In this document: positions 29,227 to 37,623 of the stretch, in pieces
How positions within the stretch are numbered: position 1 is the first letter of the stretch
Layout of the letters: each line of letters begins with the position of its first letter
Source of the DNA: Candidatus Anstonellales archaeon
GTDB taxonomy: Archaea > Micrarchaeota > Micrarchaeia > Anstonellales > J096
Assembly (NCBI GenBank): GCA_038890615.1
Contig: JAWAFI010000004.1
Coordinates: 1 to 51,581 of the forward strand
Direction: 5' to 3'
DNA length: 51,581 nt
Made by a program: the position numbers and the translations under genes
The notes under the pieces: generated by a model
Told to the model about the DNA's origin: nothing
Database searches by the model: none
What the model saw: the letters and a program-made list of their open reading frames with translations, nothing else

Positions 29227-29934
29227 TTATCTAAAGCTGCTGAACGCGTAGCAGAACTCTTCATCCCCTTCAAGCACCACTGCAAGGAATCTGCTCTTCC
29301 ATTCCCTGCTCCTAACGATAAGCCATTCGTAATTCTTCTTCCCAATGCCAAACCTAACCGACTCTGCCCTTTTCTCAAACTGGATTGCAGACCTGCTTCC
29401 TCCCTTAACTAAATGGAGCTCCTCTTTACCTGCGAACGCTCCTTTGCCGTTGCCAATGCTTATTATCCCAATAACTTCCCCTGCATTGTGCTTTGCCCTG
29501 AAAACCTTTCTTGAGCATAGGCAGTATTCTTCAGCATTGGCTGCAATTATAGTCCCTTCCCTGAAATCGATAAGGCCTTCCCCAACAGGGAATGGAAGCT
29601 CAACCTCTGTTTTCCTGACCTCCATCCCCCCTTCCTTTCCCTCAAGCTCAAATATGAAAACGTTTTCACTCTTCTTTGAGAACAAGTATGCCCTAATACC
29701 ATTTCCATTCTTTTCCGCTGCGAGCGTCCAGCTGCTGTCAAGCATCAGCCCTTCTTTTTTTGGCAGAAGCGAAAATTGCTCTGTCTTCTTATCCTTGAAA
29801 TAGAGGATGCCATCTTCAACTGCAACCTTTATGCCGTTGAATTCTACCTCATTGCCCCTAGCAAGCCGCTCCTGCTCTGACTTTATCCAGCCCTCTACTT
29901 CCCTTGCTTCAAGCATTTCCTTTGATTCGCCCAT
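29227..29934 (-). CDS. Hypothetical protein
   Basis: 235-aa ORF with host-like composition, co-oriented with its neighbours. Confidence 0.65.
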   Translation of the reverse strand: MGESKEMLEAREVEGWIKSEQERLARGNEVEFNGIKVAVEDGILYFKDKKTEQFSLLPKKEGLMLDSSWTLAAEKNGNGIRAYLFSKKSENVFIFELEGKEGGMEVRKTEVELPFPVGEGLIDFREGTIIAANAEEYCLCSRKVFRAKHNAGEVIGIISIGNGKGAFAGKEELHLVKGGSRSAIQFEKRAESVRFGIGKKNYEWLIVRSREWKSRFLAVVLEGDEEFCYAFSSFR

Positions 29935-29942
29935 GCTCTCCC

Positions 29943-30857
29943 CTATTCTTTACTTTTGAACATCTCAAAAGCCCTTTCCAAAAGGCTTCCTTTCACCTGC
30001 TTCTCATAATCCTTCAGGAACTTTTTTATTTCCTCTGTTTTTGCAACTTTTTTGGGTGTTTGCCCGTTGAAATCCTTCACAAATGGATCTGCCCCTTTCT
30101 CTGCAAGCAGCCTCACTATATCAATATCCCCTGCCTCTGCTGCAAAGAATAGTGCGTTTCTTCCTTCGGAAGTTGCATTCACATCAGCCCCTCTTTCTAT
30201 TAGCATTTTTGCCCCTTCATAATTCTTTGCCATTGCGGCGTACATTAGAGCTGTCATCCCCCGTTCGTCAGTTGCGTCAACTGAAACCCCCCTGCCCAAA
30301 AGCTCGGCAGCCATCTTGTTCTGTTTGTAGCATATTGCATGCATTAGCGCCTTATCCCTCATTTTACTTTCTAAGCCGCGTTTTTCTGCTGCCTCCAAAA
30401 TCTTCCTGAAAATGTCCATGTTCCCTGTCCTTGTTGCCTCAATGAGAGGGGTGGTGCTGTGTGATGAGTAGTAGCTTCTTGTATTTGGGTCAGCTCCCAT
30501 ACTTAAAAGAAGGTCAACTGCCCAAGCATCCTCTTTTTGAATTGCGTGCAATATCGCCGGCTTTCCCCATCTGTCACTTCCATTTGCATTCGCACCCTCT
30601 GCAAGCGCCCTTAAAACCATGCTGTGGTTTCCGCTCTTTATCCCCCTAATCAGCTTTAAGTCAGGGCTCCTTTTTTTCCTGCTTGCGAGGCAATTTGCTG
30701 CTTTTTCATTTATTTCTTTTAGCTCCTTAACTGCCTTTGGCTCAATGCTTTCCATAAGGTTATGCTCCCATAAAGAGTTGGCCTGGTTTGATCGCTTAAT
30801 CTCTTTTTTTAGCTCTGCTGCAAAAGGGAATTCCATCTGCACCAGCTTTTTTGCCAT
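29943..30857 (-). CDS. Ankyrin repeat protein
   Basis: GADPN..TPLIEA, GMTALMYAA, GADVN..GRNALFFAA, GQTP. Confidence 0.9.
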   Translation of the reverse strand: MAKKLVQMEFPFAAELKKEIKRSNQANSLWEHNLMESIEPKAVKELKEINEKAANCLASRKKRSPDLKLIRGIKSGNHSMVLRALAEGANANGSDRWGKPAILHAIQKEDAWAVDLLLSMGADPNTRSYYSSHSTTPLIEATRTGNMDIFRKILEAAEKRGLESKMRDKALMHAICYKQNKMAAELLGRGVSVDATDERGMTALMYAAMAKNYEGAKMLIERGADVNATSEGRNALFFAAEAGDIDIVRLLAEKGADPFVKDFNGQTPKKVAKTEEIKKFLKDYEKQVKGSLLERAFEMFKSKE

Positions 30858-30906
30858 GGAAATTCTTAGCTACAATAAATTTAATAGTTATCTTCCTCCT
30901 GCTTAT

Positions 30907-32148
30907 ATGGAATTGTGCATAAGAGGAGGGAGGATTCTCAAAGGGAGCGGCACCCTGCGTGCTGACATCCTTGTAAAGGATGGCGTGATAGAGGATATAA
31001 GGAAGGAGATTAAACACGAGAATTCCCTTGATGCCTCTGGCTGCTTTGTAATACCCGGCTTTTACAACAGTCATACTCATGTTGGAATGAGCATCCTTCG
31101 CGGCTATGCAGAGGGCCTTGACCTACACCAATGGCTCACCACCAAGATATGGCCTGCTGAGAGGAAGCTAACTGAAGAGGATGTATACTGGGCTTCGCTG
31201 GTTAGCATTGCTGAAATGCTCCATTCAGGCACGGTTTTCTTTGCTGACATGTACTTCCACACCGACTCAATAGCCAAAGCAGTGCTCAAGTCAGGCATTC
31301 GCGCTTCGCTTGGCCACCACATAGTTGATGCAAACAAGAAAACAGAGATGGGAAAGGCACAGATGCTTCTGAAAAAATATAGAAGCAGCAGCCAGGTCTT
31401 CCCTGCTGTTGCCCCGCATGCCACATATTCCTGCTCAAAGGAAACTTTTTTGGAGTGCAAGTTCCTCTCATCACAATACGGCGCAAAGCTTTTTACCCAT
31501 GTTTCTGAAACTCGAAGGGAAGTTTATGAGTTGTGGAGGAAGGAAAGGAAAAGACCAATAGAATACCTGCATTCCTTAGGGATTTTGGACAGCTCCTTGC
31601 TTATGGCGCATGCATCATGGGCAAGCATGCGGGAGATAAGGATGGCAGGGTCTGCAGGCTCTGGCATAGCGCACTGCCCAACGAGCAACCTTAAGCTTGC
31701 AACGGGAGGCATCTGCCCTGCTAAAAAGTATATTGAAAGCGGTGCAAAGCTTATGCTTGGGACAGATGGCCCTTCAAGCAACAACAGCCAAGACATAAGG
31801 CAAGAGATAAAGCTTGCTTCGCTTCTCCAAAACCACTACTTCTGGAAGGCAAATTCCCTTTTGCCTGAAGAAGCCCTTTCATCAGTGACCTCAACCCCTG
31901 CCTCATTCTTCAACACTAATGGGGGCTCAATAGAAAAAGGCAGATATGCAGAGCTCTTGGTTGTGCCCCACACTGCCTCACTTTCAGCCCTCCACTCACT
32001 TACAACTTCATTAGTTTATTCCTCTTATACCGTGCGCGATGTGGTAATAGGAAGCAAGCTGGTTATGGAAAACCATAAGATTATTACTTTCAGCGAGCAG
32101 AGGGCAATAGAAGAAAACGAGAAAAGAGCCAGAAGGGTGGCAAAATGA
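30907..32148 (+). CDS. Amidohydrolase, MTA/SAH/5'-deoxyadenosine deaminase family
   Basis: PGFYNSHTH, APHATYSC, HVSET, HCPTSNLKLA, LGTDGPSSNN. Start taken as ATG 30907 (MELCIRGG); the upstream extension in the track overlaps the ankyrin gene. Confidence 0.9.
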   Translation: MELCIRGGRILKGSGTLRADILVKDGVIEDIRKEIKHENSLDASGCFVIPGFYNSHTHVGMSILRGYAEGLDLHQWLTTKIWPAERKLTEEDVYWASLVSIAEMLHSGTVFFADMYFHTDSIAKAVLKSGIRASLGHHIVDANKKTEMGKAQMLLKKYRSSSQVFPAVAPHATYSCSKETFLECKFLSSQYGAKLFTHVSETRREVYELWRKERKRPIEYLHSLGILDSSLLMAHASWASMREIRMAGSAGSGIAHCPTSNLKLATGGICPAKKYIESGAKLMLGTDGPSSNNSQDIRQEIKLASLLQNHYFWKANSLLPEEALSSVTSTPASFFNTNGGSIEKGRYAELLVVPHTASLSALHSLTTSLVYSSYTVRDVVIGSKLVMENHKIITFSEQRAIEENEKRARRVAK

Positions 32149-33137
32149 GAATCCTTAAGCAGGACAAAAATAAGAATTTAACAGTTCTCCTCATTGACAC
32201 TCCTGATGACTTGTGGTACCTTTCCAAAATCCTGAAGAAAGGAGATAAGGTGAGCGGCACAACCTTCCGCACAATAGCCCTTGAGTCAGGGGAGAAGGAT
32301 AGGAAGAAGGTTTGGGTTGAGCTTATCCTCTCTTCCATCAAGTTCCAAAAATATTCCAATGAGCTAACGCTCACTGGGGAAATAATTGCAGGGAGCCCAG
32401 AAGAGTATGTGCAGAAAGGGCGCCAGCAGAACATAAACCTAAGGGTGGAGGACTCAATAGGGATCGTTAAAGAGTGGGGCAATTATGAGAAGGACCTTCT
32501 AAAGCGCGCAGTAGAGAGCGCAAAGCGGAAGGTTGCCTATGCTGTCCTTTTGGACGACCGCTCTGCGTATTGCTGCTGGCTTAGGGAAATAGGCATTGAA
32601 GAGGATGCCCCTATTTACTTAGAAGGGAGCAAAAGGGCTGGTGATTATGAGAAGAAGCAGAAGGAATTCTTTGATGAGCTTTACAAACGAATCTCAGATA
32701 AGGAGATAGTTATAGTAGGGGGGCCGGGCTTCTCTGCAAGCCAGTTCCTTTCCTACATAGAGCAGAAGAAAAAGCCGCCTATAATACAGGCAAAAGCTTC
32801 TTCTGCTGATATAACAGGCTTAAGAGAGCTCATTTCAAACAATCCAAATCTTTTAAAGGAGGCCTCTGCCTTGCGCGAGGATGCTTTGCTCCAGCAGTTC
32901 CTGCTTGGGCTTCAAAAAGGAGGGGTTGTTTACGGCCTTGAGGAAGTAAAGAACGCAGTGGAGCAGAAGAACGTTAAGCTGATCTTAGTCCATCATTCCC
33001 TACTTGAAGAGAGCCAAATACGCGATGTTCTTGAAAGAGCTGAGAGGGAGGCAAAGGCAGAGGTTGCAGTCCTTTCAGACAGCCCTGCTGGAGACCAGCT
33101 TAAGCATTTTGGGATTGTTGCTTTTCTCTATTATTAG
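32145..33137 (+). CDS. pelA: mRNA surveillance protein Pelota
   Basis: DDLWYL, GGPGF, YGLEEV; eRF1-like three-domain size. Confidence 0.9.
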   Translation: MRILKQDKNKNLTVLLIDTPDDLWYLSKILKKGDKVSGTTFRTIALESGEKDRKKVWVELILSSIKFQKYSNELTLTGEIIAGSPEEYVQKGRQQNINLRVEDSIGIVKEWGNYEKDLLKRAVESAKRKVAYAVLLDDRSAYCCWLREIGIEEDAPIYLEGSKRAGDYEKKQKEFFDELYKRISDKEIVIVGGPGFSASQFLSYIEQKKKPPIIQAKASSADITGLRELISNNPNLLKEASALREDALLQQFLLGLQKGGVVYGLEEVKNAVEQKNVKLILVHHSLLEESQIRDVLERAEREAKAEVAVLSDSPAGDQLKHFGIVAFLYY

Positions 33138-34074
33138 AATCTAAAAGAACTTTTAATACTTCAGTTTTACCGTATTTTGAGGCGAACATCATTGCAGTCC
33201 ATCCTTTGTATGGCCCCTCTTTTACAGCGACATTCACATCAGCCCCTGCTTCAATCAATAGCTTTGCTACATCTGCGTGGCCACTCCAAGCAGCCCTTAT
33301 CAAAGCTGTTTCGCCCCACTTATTTGCTGTGTTAACATCTGCCCCTGCCTTAATGAGCATATCTACTATTTCAACATGCCCTTCATCAGATGCAAGCATT
33401 AGAGGAGTCCATCCTTCCATCATGCCTGCCCTTTTTAGGACAAAGTTGGCATTTGCCCCTGCTTCTAAAAGAGCTTTTGCTACTTTTTCCCTCCCTCTCT
33501 TTGAAGCTACCATCAAGGGGCTCCATCTGAACCAATACCCACTTCCAATAAGCTTGTTAACATCTGCCCCTAGCTCTATAAGTTTTGCAACCATTAAGTC
33601 ATCACCATTTTCAGATGCTATTGCAATAGGAGTCCATCCTTTATGCTTCCCCCCTGCTTCGCAGTTTACATCTGCCCCTGCCTTTGCGAGCGCTTCAACT
33701 ACACGTAATCTTCCATTCTCTACAGCGGCAACAATAGGCTCTAAGCCTTTATATTCGCCTTTTTTCATAACCTCAGTTAGCCTTGCTCCTTCAGAGATGA
33801 GCGTTATCACCTTTTTCAAATCCCCCTCTGCGCTCTTTTCTACAAGCTCAAGGCCCATTTTTTTTGCGTTCCTTCTACTGGCTACTCGATTTTTCTTGTT
33901 GATTGCTTTCAGCTTATCAAATGCTTCCTTGCCTTCCTTTCCCTCTTCAATGGCTTTGAGTGCCATTTCTGCTACTTCCGCAGCTTCTTTCGTCCTTTCC
34001 TCGTCTAATACTTTTTTTGTTAGCTTAACCTCAAAAATTCGCTGTATCATTGACTTCTTTTTTTCTTTATTCAT
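33100..34074 (-). CDS. Ankyrin repeat protein
   Basis: Repeated GADVN...GWTP/GWTA units. ATG at 34074 has GGTGG upstream; the track uses GTG 34083. Confidence 0.9.
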   Translation of the reverse strand: MNKEKKKSMIQRIFEVKLTKKVLDEERTKEAAEVAEMALKAIEEGKEGKEAFDKLKAINKKNRVASRRNAKKMGLELVEKSAEGDLKKVITLISEGARLTEVMKKGEYKGLEPIVAAVENGRLRVVEALAKAGADVNCEAGGKHKGWTPIAIASENGDDLMVAKLIELGADVNKLIGSGYWFRWSPLMVASKRGREKVAKALLEAGANANFVLKRAGMMEGWTPLMLASDEGHVEIVDMLIKAGADVNTANKWGETALIRAAWSGHADVAKLLIEAGADVNVAVKEGPYKGWTAMMFASKYGKTEVLKVLLDSNNREKQQSQNA

Positions 34075-34123
34075 ATTTTCCACCTTTTCTGAATGACAAA
34101 TTACTTGCGTTTTTATCCCTTCT

Positions 34124-34148
34124 CTTAACCTCCATAATTTATCTTTCC
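34124..34148. repeat. 25-bp direct repeat, copy 1 (copy 2 at 51052-51076)
   Basis: CTTAACCTCCATAATTTATCTTTCC is identical at both sites, each at the 5' end of an ankyrin gene. Confidence 0.85.
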
Positions 34149-34228
34149 CTAAAACCTTTTAATACTTTATTTATCTTCAAATTCTTTATACGCAATCTTT
34201 ATATTTTTAATTAATGCCCAATCTTATT

Positions 34229-34741
34229 ATGCGCCTCTTTGTCGCCATTGATCTCCCCCCTTATATGAAGGATGCAATCTACTCCTCTCTTTATCACCTG
34301 TTGCCTTCGCAAGCCAGGGTTGTGCCTAAGGAAAACTTTCACATTACCCTGCATTTTATTGGCGAAAGGGATGAAAGCGAGCTTTCAGAGATAAACAAAA
34401 GGCTTTCATCCATATCCTTCTACAAGTTTCATATAGAGGTTTATGGGACAGGTGTTTTTCCCAACCCAGCCAGGCCAAGGGTGCTCTGGATAGGTGCTAA
34501 TGCCAATGAGCTTCCTATCCTTGCCTCCAGCATAGTTTCGTCACTTGGCTCTACTTCTGAAGAGCCTTTTGTAGGTCACATAACCTTGGCAAGGCTGAAC
34601 CATTGGGCAGATGTTTCAGGGTTTCTTTCCCAAAAGCCATCATTCGGCTCCTTTTCACCCTCGTCCTTCACTTTAAAGCAAAGCATTTTCTCTGGAGGCG
34701 GAGTAACCTACACAAACCTTTTTAACTATTCCTTGCTCTAA
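34229..34741 (+). CDS. thpR: RNA 2',3'-cyclic phosphodiesterase (2H family)
   Basis: MRLFVAI start, two HITL motifs, GVFPN..RPRVLW. Confidence 0.92.
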   Translation: MRLFVAIDLPPYMKDAIYSSLYHLLPSQARVVPKENFHITLHFIGERDESELSEINKRLSSISFYKFHIEVYGTGVFPNPARPRVLWIGANANELPILASSIVSSLGSTSEEPFVGHITLARLNHWADVSGFLSQKPSFGSFSPSSFTLKQSIFSGGGVTYTNLFNYSLL

Positions 34742-34744
34742 ATT

Positions 34745-34806
34745 TTCAGTGATGACAGAGGTGATCGCTGAGCATTGCCATGATGATAGATGGGCTGTCT
34801 GAGTAA
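34745..34806 (+). ncRNA. Box C/D guide sRNA
   Basis: C box GTGATGA 34749-55; 12-nt guide; D' CTGA 34768-71; C' ATGATGA 34780-86; 12-nt guide; D CTGA 34799-802. All four boxes match consensus with canonical archaeal spacing. Confidence 0.9.
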
Positions 34807-34844
34807 ATTATTATAAACTTGATCAAATTATAGGTGGCTGAGAA

Positions 34845-34919
34845 GCTCCTGTAGTCTAGCCCGGACAAGGATACTGGCCTTTCGAGCCAGAGACCCGGGT
34901 TCAAATCCCGGCAGGAGCA
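34845..34919 (+). tRNA. tRNA-Glu(UUC)
   Basis: Acceptor GCTCCTG/CAGGAGC, anticodon arm CTGGC-CT-TTC-GA-GCCAG, T arm GGTTCAAATCC; TTATAAA about 30 nt upstream. Confidence 0.96.
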
Positions 34920-34930
34920 CTGGTGGTAAA

Positions 34931-35533
34931 ATGGAAATGGATAAGAACACTGCTGAAATAGTGAGGAAGAAGCTTAGCGGCATGAAAGGAAAGGTCACTA
35001 TAGAATTCTATGGCGGAGATGCAGAATACTCTGAGGAGATGAAAGGCCTGCTTCAGAAGCTCAGTGAATTAAGCGGCGGCAAGGTTGAGCTAGTTGAAAA
35101 AAAGCCAACAAAAGAAGTAATAGGCTTTCCTGCAATCAGGGTGCACAGCAACGGGAAGGGCTATTGGTTTACAGGAATACCAAGTGGCTATGAATTCAGC
35201 ACCTTCATAGAGTCATTCTTGGCAGTACAATCGCCTGAGCAGCACCTTCCTGAGGATATGGTAGATAGGATCAAGAAGCTTGACAAGCCGGTTGACATAA
35301 AAGTTTTCGTAACGCCTACTTGCCCTTACTGCCCTAGGGCTGCTTTCCTTGCCATAATCCTGTCTTCAATAAACCCAAAGATAAGTGCCAACATAGTGGA
35401 GGTTTCAGAGTTCCAGGATCTAGGGATGAAGTATCATGTTTACGGCGTGCCTAAGACAGTGATAAACGAGACGATATACTTAGAAGGCGCTTATCCTCCT
35501 GACATAGTGATCCAAAAGCTGGAAAACCTATAG
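34931..35533 (+). CDS. Protein disulfide oxidoreductase (tandem thioredoxin fold)
   Basis: FTGIPSGYEF, FVTPTCPYCP, VYGVPKTVIN. Confidence 0.88.
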   Translation: MEMDKNTAEIVRKKLSGMKGKVTIEFYGGDAEYSEEMKGLLQKLSELSGGKVELVEKKPTKEVIGFPAIRVHSNGKGYWFTGIPSGYEFSTFIESFLAVQSPEQHLPEDMVDRIKKLDKPVDIKVFVTPTCPYCPRAAFLAIILSSINPKISANIVEVSEFQDLGMKYHVYGVPKTVINETIYLEGAYPPDIVIQKLENL

Positions 35534-35565
35534 GAATTTAAATCTCAATAGCGAAAGTGTCTAAG

Positions 35566-37005
35566 ATGAAGCCAAAAAAAACCTCCTGGGATGATTTTGA
35601 GACTACAGCAGAAATAGAGATACCCAAGAACCCTCTTGAAAGGGTTATAGGCCAGGACGAAGCAGTCCGCATAGCAGGGATCGTTGCAAAGCAAAGGAGG
35701 CACTTGCTCCTTTTCGGCCCGCCAGGAACTGGGAAGAGCATGATTGCAGAGGCAATTGCCTCTTTGCTGCCCCCTCCTACAGAAGAGATATCAGTTCTCC
35801 AGAACCCAAGGAATGCTATGAGGCCTATCTTGGAGGTAAGGAAAAAAGGGCAGATAAAGAAGCCAAAAAAAGAGGAGGAATTTGGCAGGATAGTGGAAAT
35901 CCACGAAGTCCCTTTTTTTGTTGCAGAGGCGTTGCGCTATAGGTGCGAGAGGTGCGGCACAATAAGCCCTCCTATGGTTTCTGTGTGCACCAATTGCGGT
36001 GCCCAGAAGCCCCCTCCTTGGATACCTTCTGAGGACAATTATGCAAAGCTTGGAAGGAAGAAAGGCAGGATAGTTGCCTACAAGGTTGACCACACTGGTG
36101 GGGAGCAGAAAAACCAAAAGATTTACTATGAGAGATATGACAACACCCACATAAGAGTGCTTACAGAGGAAGAAGCCAAGAAGGAGGCAGAAGCTAAGGT
36201 TGGGGAAAAGCGCAATGTAATTGTTGCGCTCAACCGCTCCCAGTTTGTGCAATTGACAGGCGCAACAGAGGCAGAGCTCTTAGGCGATGTTGCCCATGAC
36301 CCCTATGGAGGCCATCCTGACATTGGGATTGAGCCCTATAAAAGGGTTATACCAGGAGCCATCCACGAGGCGCACGAGGGCCTTTTATACATAGACGAGA
36401 TTTCCACCTTAGGGCCGCTCCAGCGCTACCTGCTCACTGCAATGCAGAATAAGAATTACCCAATAGTAGGCAAAGGCCCGACAAGCACAGGGGCTGCAGT
36501 AAGGGTTGATTCAGTTCCTTGCGATTTTCTATTAGTAGGCGCAACAAACCTGAATGACATCTCCCAGATAATCCCTCCCCTGCGCTCAAGGATAAGGGGA
36601 GACGGCTATGAAGTGCTTGTCAACTCATGGATGCCTGACACAGAATTAAACAGGGCTAAATTTGCCCAGTTTGTTGCCCAAGAGATACAGAAGGACAAAA
36701 AGATACCTCACATGTCAAGAAAGGCGGTTTCAGAGCTGCTAAAATATGCAATCAGCCTTGCCAAAAGCATAGACAACGCTAATGGCATCACTTTGAGGCT
36801 AAGGCTTGTGGGAGGGCCGCTGCGCCTTGCAGGAGACCTTGCAAAGATGGAGGGCTCCCCAGTGATAGAACCAAAGCACCTTGAAAAAGCAATAAAGTCA
36901 GCCCGCTCTGTGGAAGAGCAGATAATGGAGCGTTATGGAAGCGAATGGAACGCCAACATAGCTGATTATTCAATAAAGAAGCAGAAGCATTCAGACACTA
37001 TGTAA
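35566..37005 (+). CDS. LonB-type AAA+ ATPase without a protease domain
   Basis: VIGQDEA, GPPGTGKS, LLGDVAHDPY, RVIPGAIHEAHEGLLYIDE, PLRSRIRGDGYEV. The ORF ends right after the AAA lid. Start ATG 35566 or GTG 35557. Confidence 0.85.
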   Translation: MKPKKTSWDDFETTAEIEIPKNPLERVIGQDEAVRIAGIVAKQRRHLLLFGPPGTGKSMIAEAIASLLPPPTEEISVLQNPRNAMRPILEVRKKGQIKKPKKEEEFGRIVEIHEVPFFVAEALRYRCERCGTISPPMVSVCTNCGAQKPPPWIPSEDNYAKLGRKKGRIVAYKVDHTGGEQKNQKIYYERYDNTHIRVLTEEEAKKEAEAKVGEKRNVIVALNRSQFVQLTGATEAELLGDVAHDPYGGHPDIGIEPYKRVIPGAIHEAHEGLLYIDEISTLGPLQRYLLTAMQNKNYPIVGKGPTSTGAAVRVDSVPCDFLLVGATNLNDISQIIPPLRSRIRGDGYEVLVNSWMPDTELNRAKFAQFVAQEIQKDKKIPHMSRKAVSELLKYAISLAKSIDNANGITLRLRLVGGPLRLAGDLAKMEGSPVIEPKHLEKAIKSARSVEEQIMERYGSEWNANIADYSIKKQKHSDTM

Positions 37006-37040
37006 TTTTGGCTTCAAGAGATTAATTATGAATAGGGAGA

Positions 37041-37092
37041 GGGCAGAGGAACCGAATGAATGAAGTTTGTGGGAGGTGTGGCCCCTCTGCCC
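37041..37092 (-). other. GC-rich stem-loop between convergent genes (candidate terminator or sRNA)
   Basis: As minus-strand RNA: a 13-bp stem (GGGCAGAGGGGCC/GGUUCCUCUGCCC, two G-U pairs) with a 26-nt loop. Confidence 0.55.
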
Positions 37093-37107
37093 ATGCTGGT
37101 CGTTTTG

Positions 37108-37533
37108 CTACTTTAGAGTGAAGTATACCTTGCGCCCTACCTGGCGCTTTTCCAGCACGCCCATCTGGTAGAGCTTGTTCAGTCTCATTGATGCGCCATT
37201 CTGCCCTTTGTAGCCGAACTCTGCCTGCACATCTTCTGCGCAGACCGCCTCGTTCTTTGCAATGTAATCAACAATCCTTTCCTCTAAGTCAGAAAGGAGC
37301 ACCTTTGATTCTTTTGGCTGCATTCCCTTGCTCTCTATTGCCTCCAGCTTCATTAGGATTGTCTTGAGCAGCCTGTTTGTATCCTCCCTCTCTTTCATTA
37401 CCTTGTAGTATATCTCGGCAAGCACAATAGGGTTCTTGAACGCTTCCAAATGCTCCTCGACATCCTCCTCTATCTCACGCTGGAGCTCGGGCTTGTAGTT
37501 ACCTTTATAATCCTTTGTTCCCTTATCTTCCAA
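37108..37533 (-). CDS. Coiled-coil plus winged-helix protein (putative regulator)
   Basis: TTG start with AGGTGA upstream; AEDVQAEFGY...ASMRLNKLYQMGVLEKRQVGRKVYF wHTH pattern. Confidence 0.75.
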   Translation of the reverse strand: MEDKGTKDYKGNYKPELQREIEEDVEEHLEAFKNPIVLAEIYYKVMKEREDTNRLLKTILMKLEAIESKGMQPKESKVLLSDLEERIVDYIAKNEAVCAEDVQAEFGYKGQNGASMRLNKLYQMGVLEKRQVGRKVYFTLK

Positions 37534-37550
37534 TCACTTCACCTTTTTCC

Positions 37551-37590
37551 ATCACACAAATGTGTGATATAATCATGACAATATCATGAT
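37551..37590. promoter_or_regulatory. Two tandem palindromes in a divergent promoter (candidate operators)
   Basis: ATCACACA-AA-TGTGTGAT (37551-68) and ATCATGA-CAATA-TCATGAT (37572-90), next to TTTAAAAA. Confidence 0.55.
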
Positions 37591-37623
37591 ACATTTAAAA
37601 AACTATGCTTTCATGAGATAAAT

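Noticed and set aside
30619..30906. 96-aa N-terminal extension of the amidohydrolase
   Set aside because: It overlaps the divergent ankyrin gene; the family-typical start is ATG 30907.
33206..34096. 296-aa plus-strand ORF
   Set aside because: Antisense shadow of the ankyrin gene, with S/A/F-rich reverse-frame composition.
34845..34919. tRNA genes as integration (att) sites
   Set aside because: No duplicated tRNA 3' end or integrase was found in the window.
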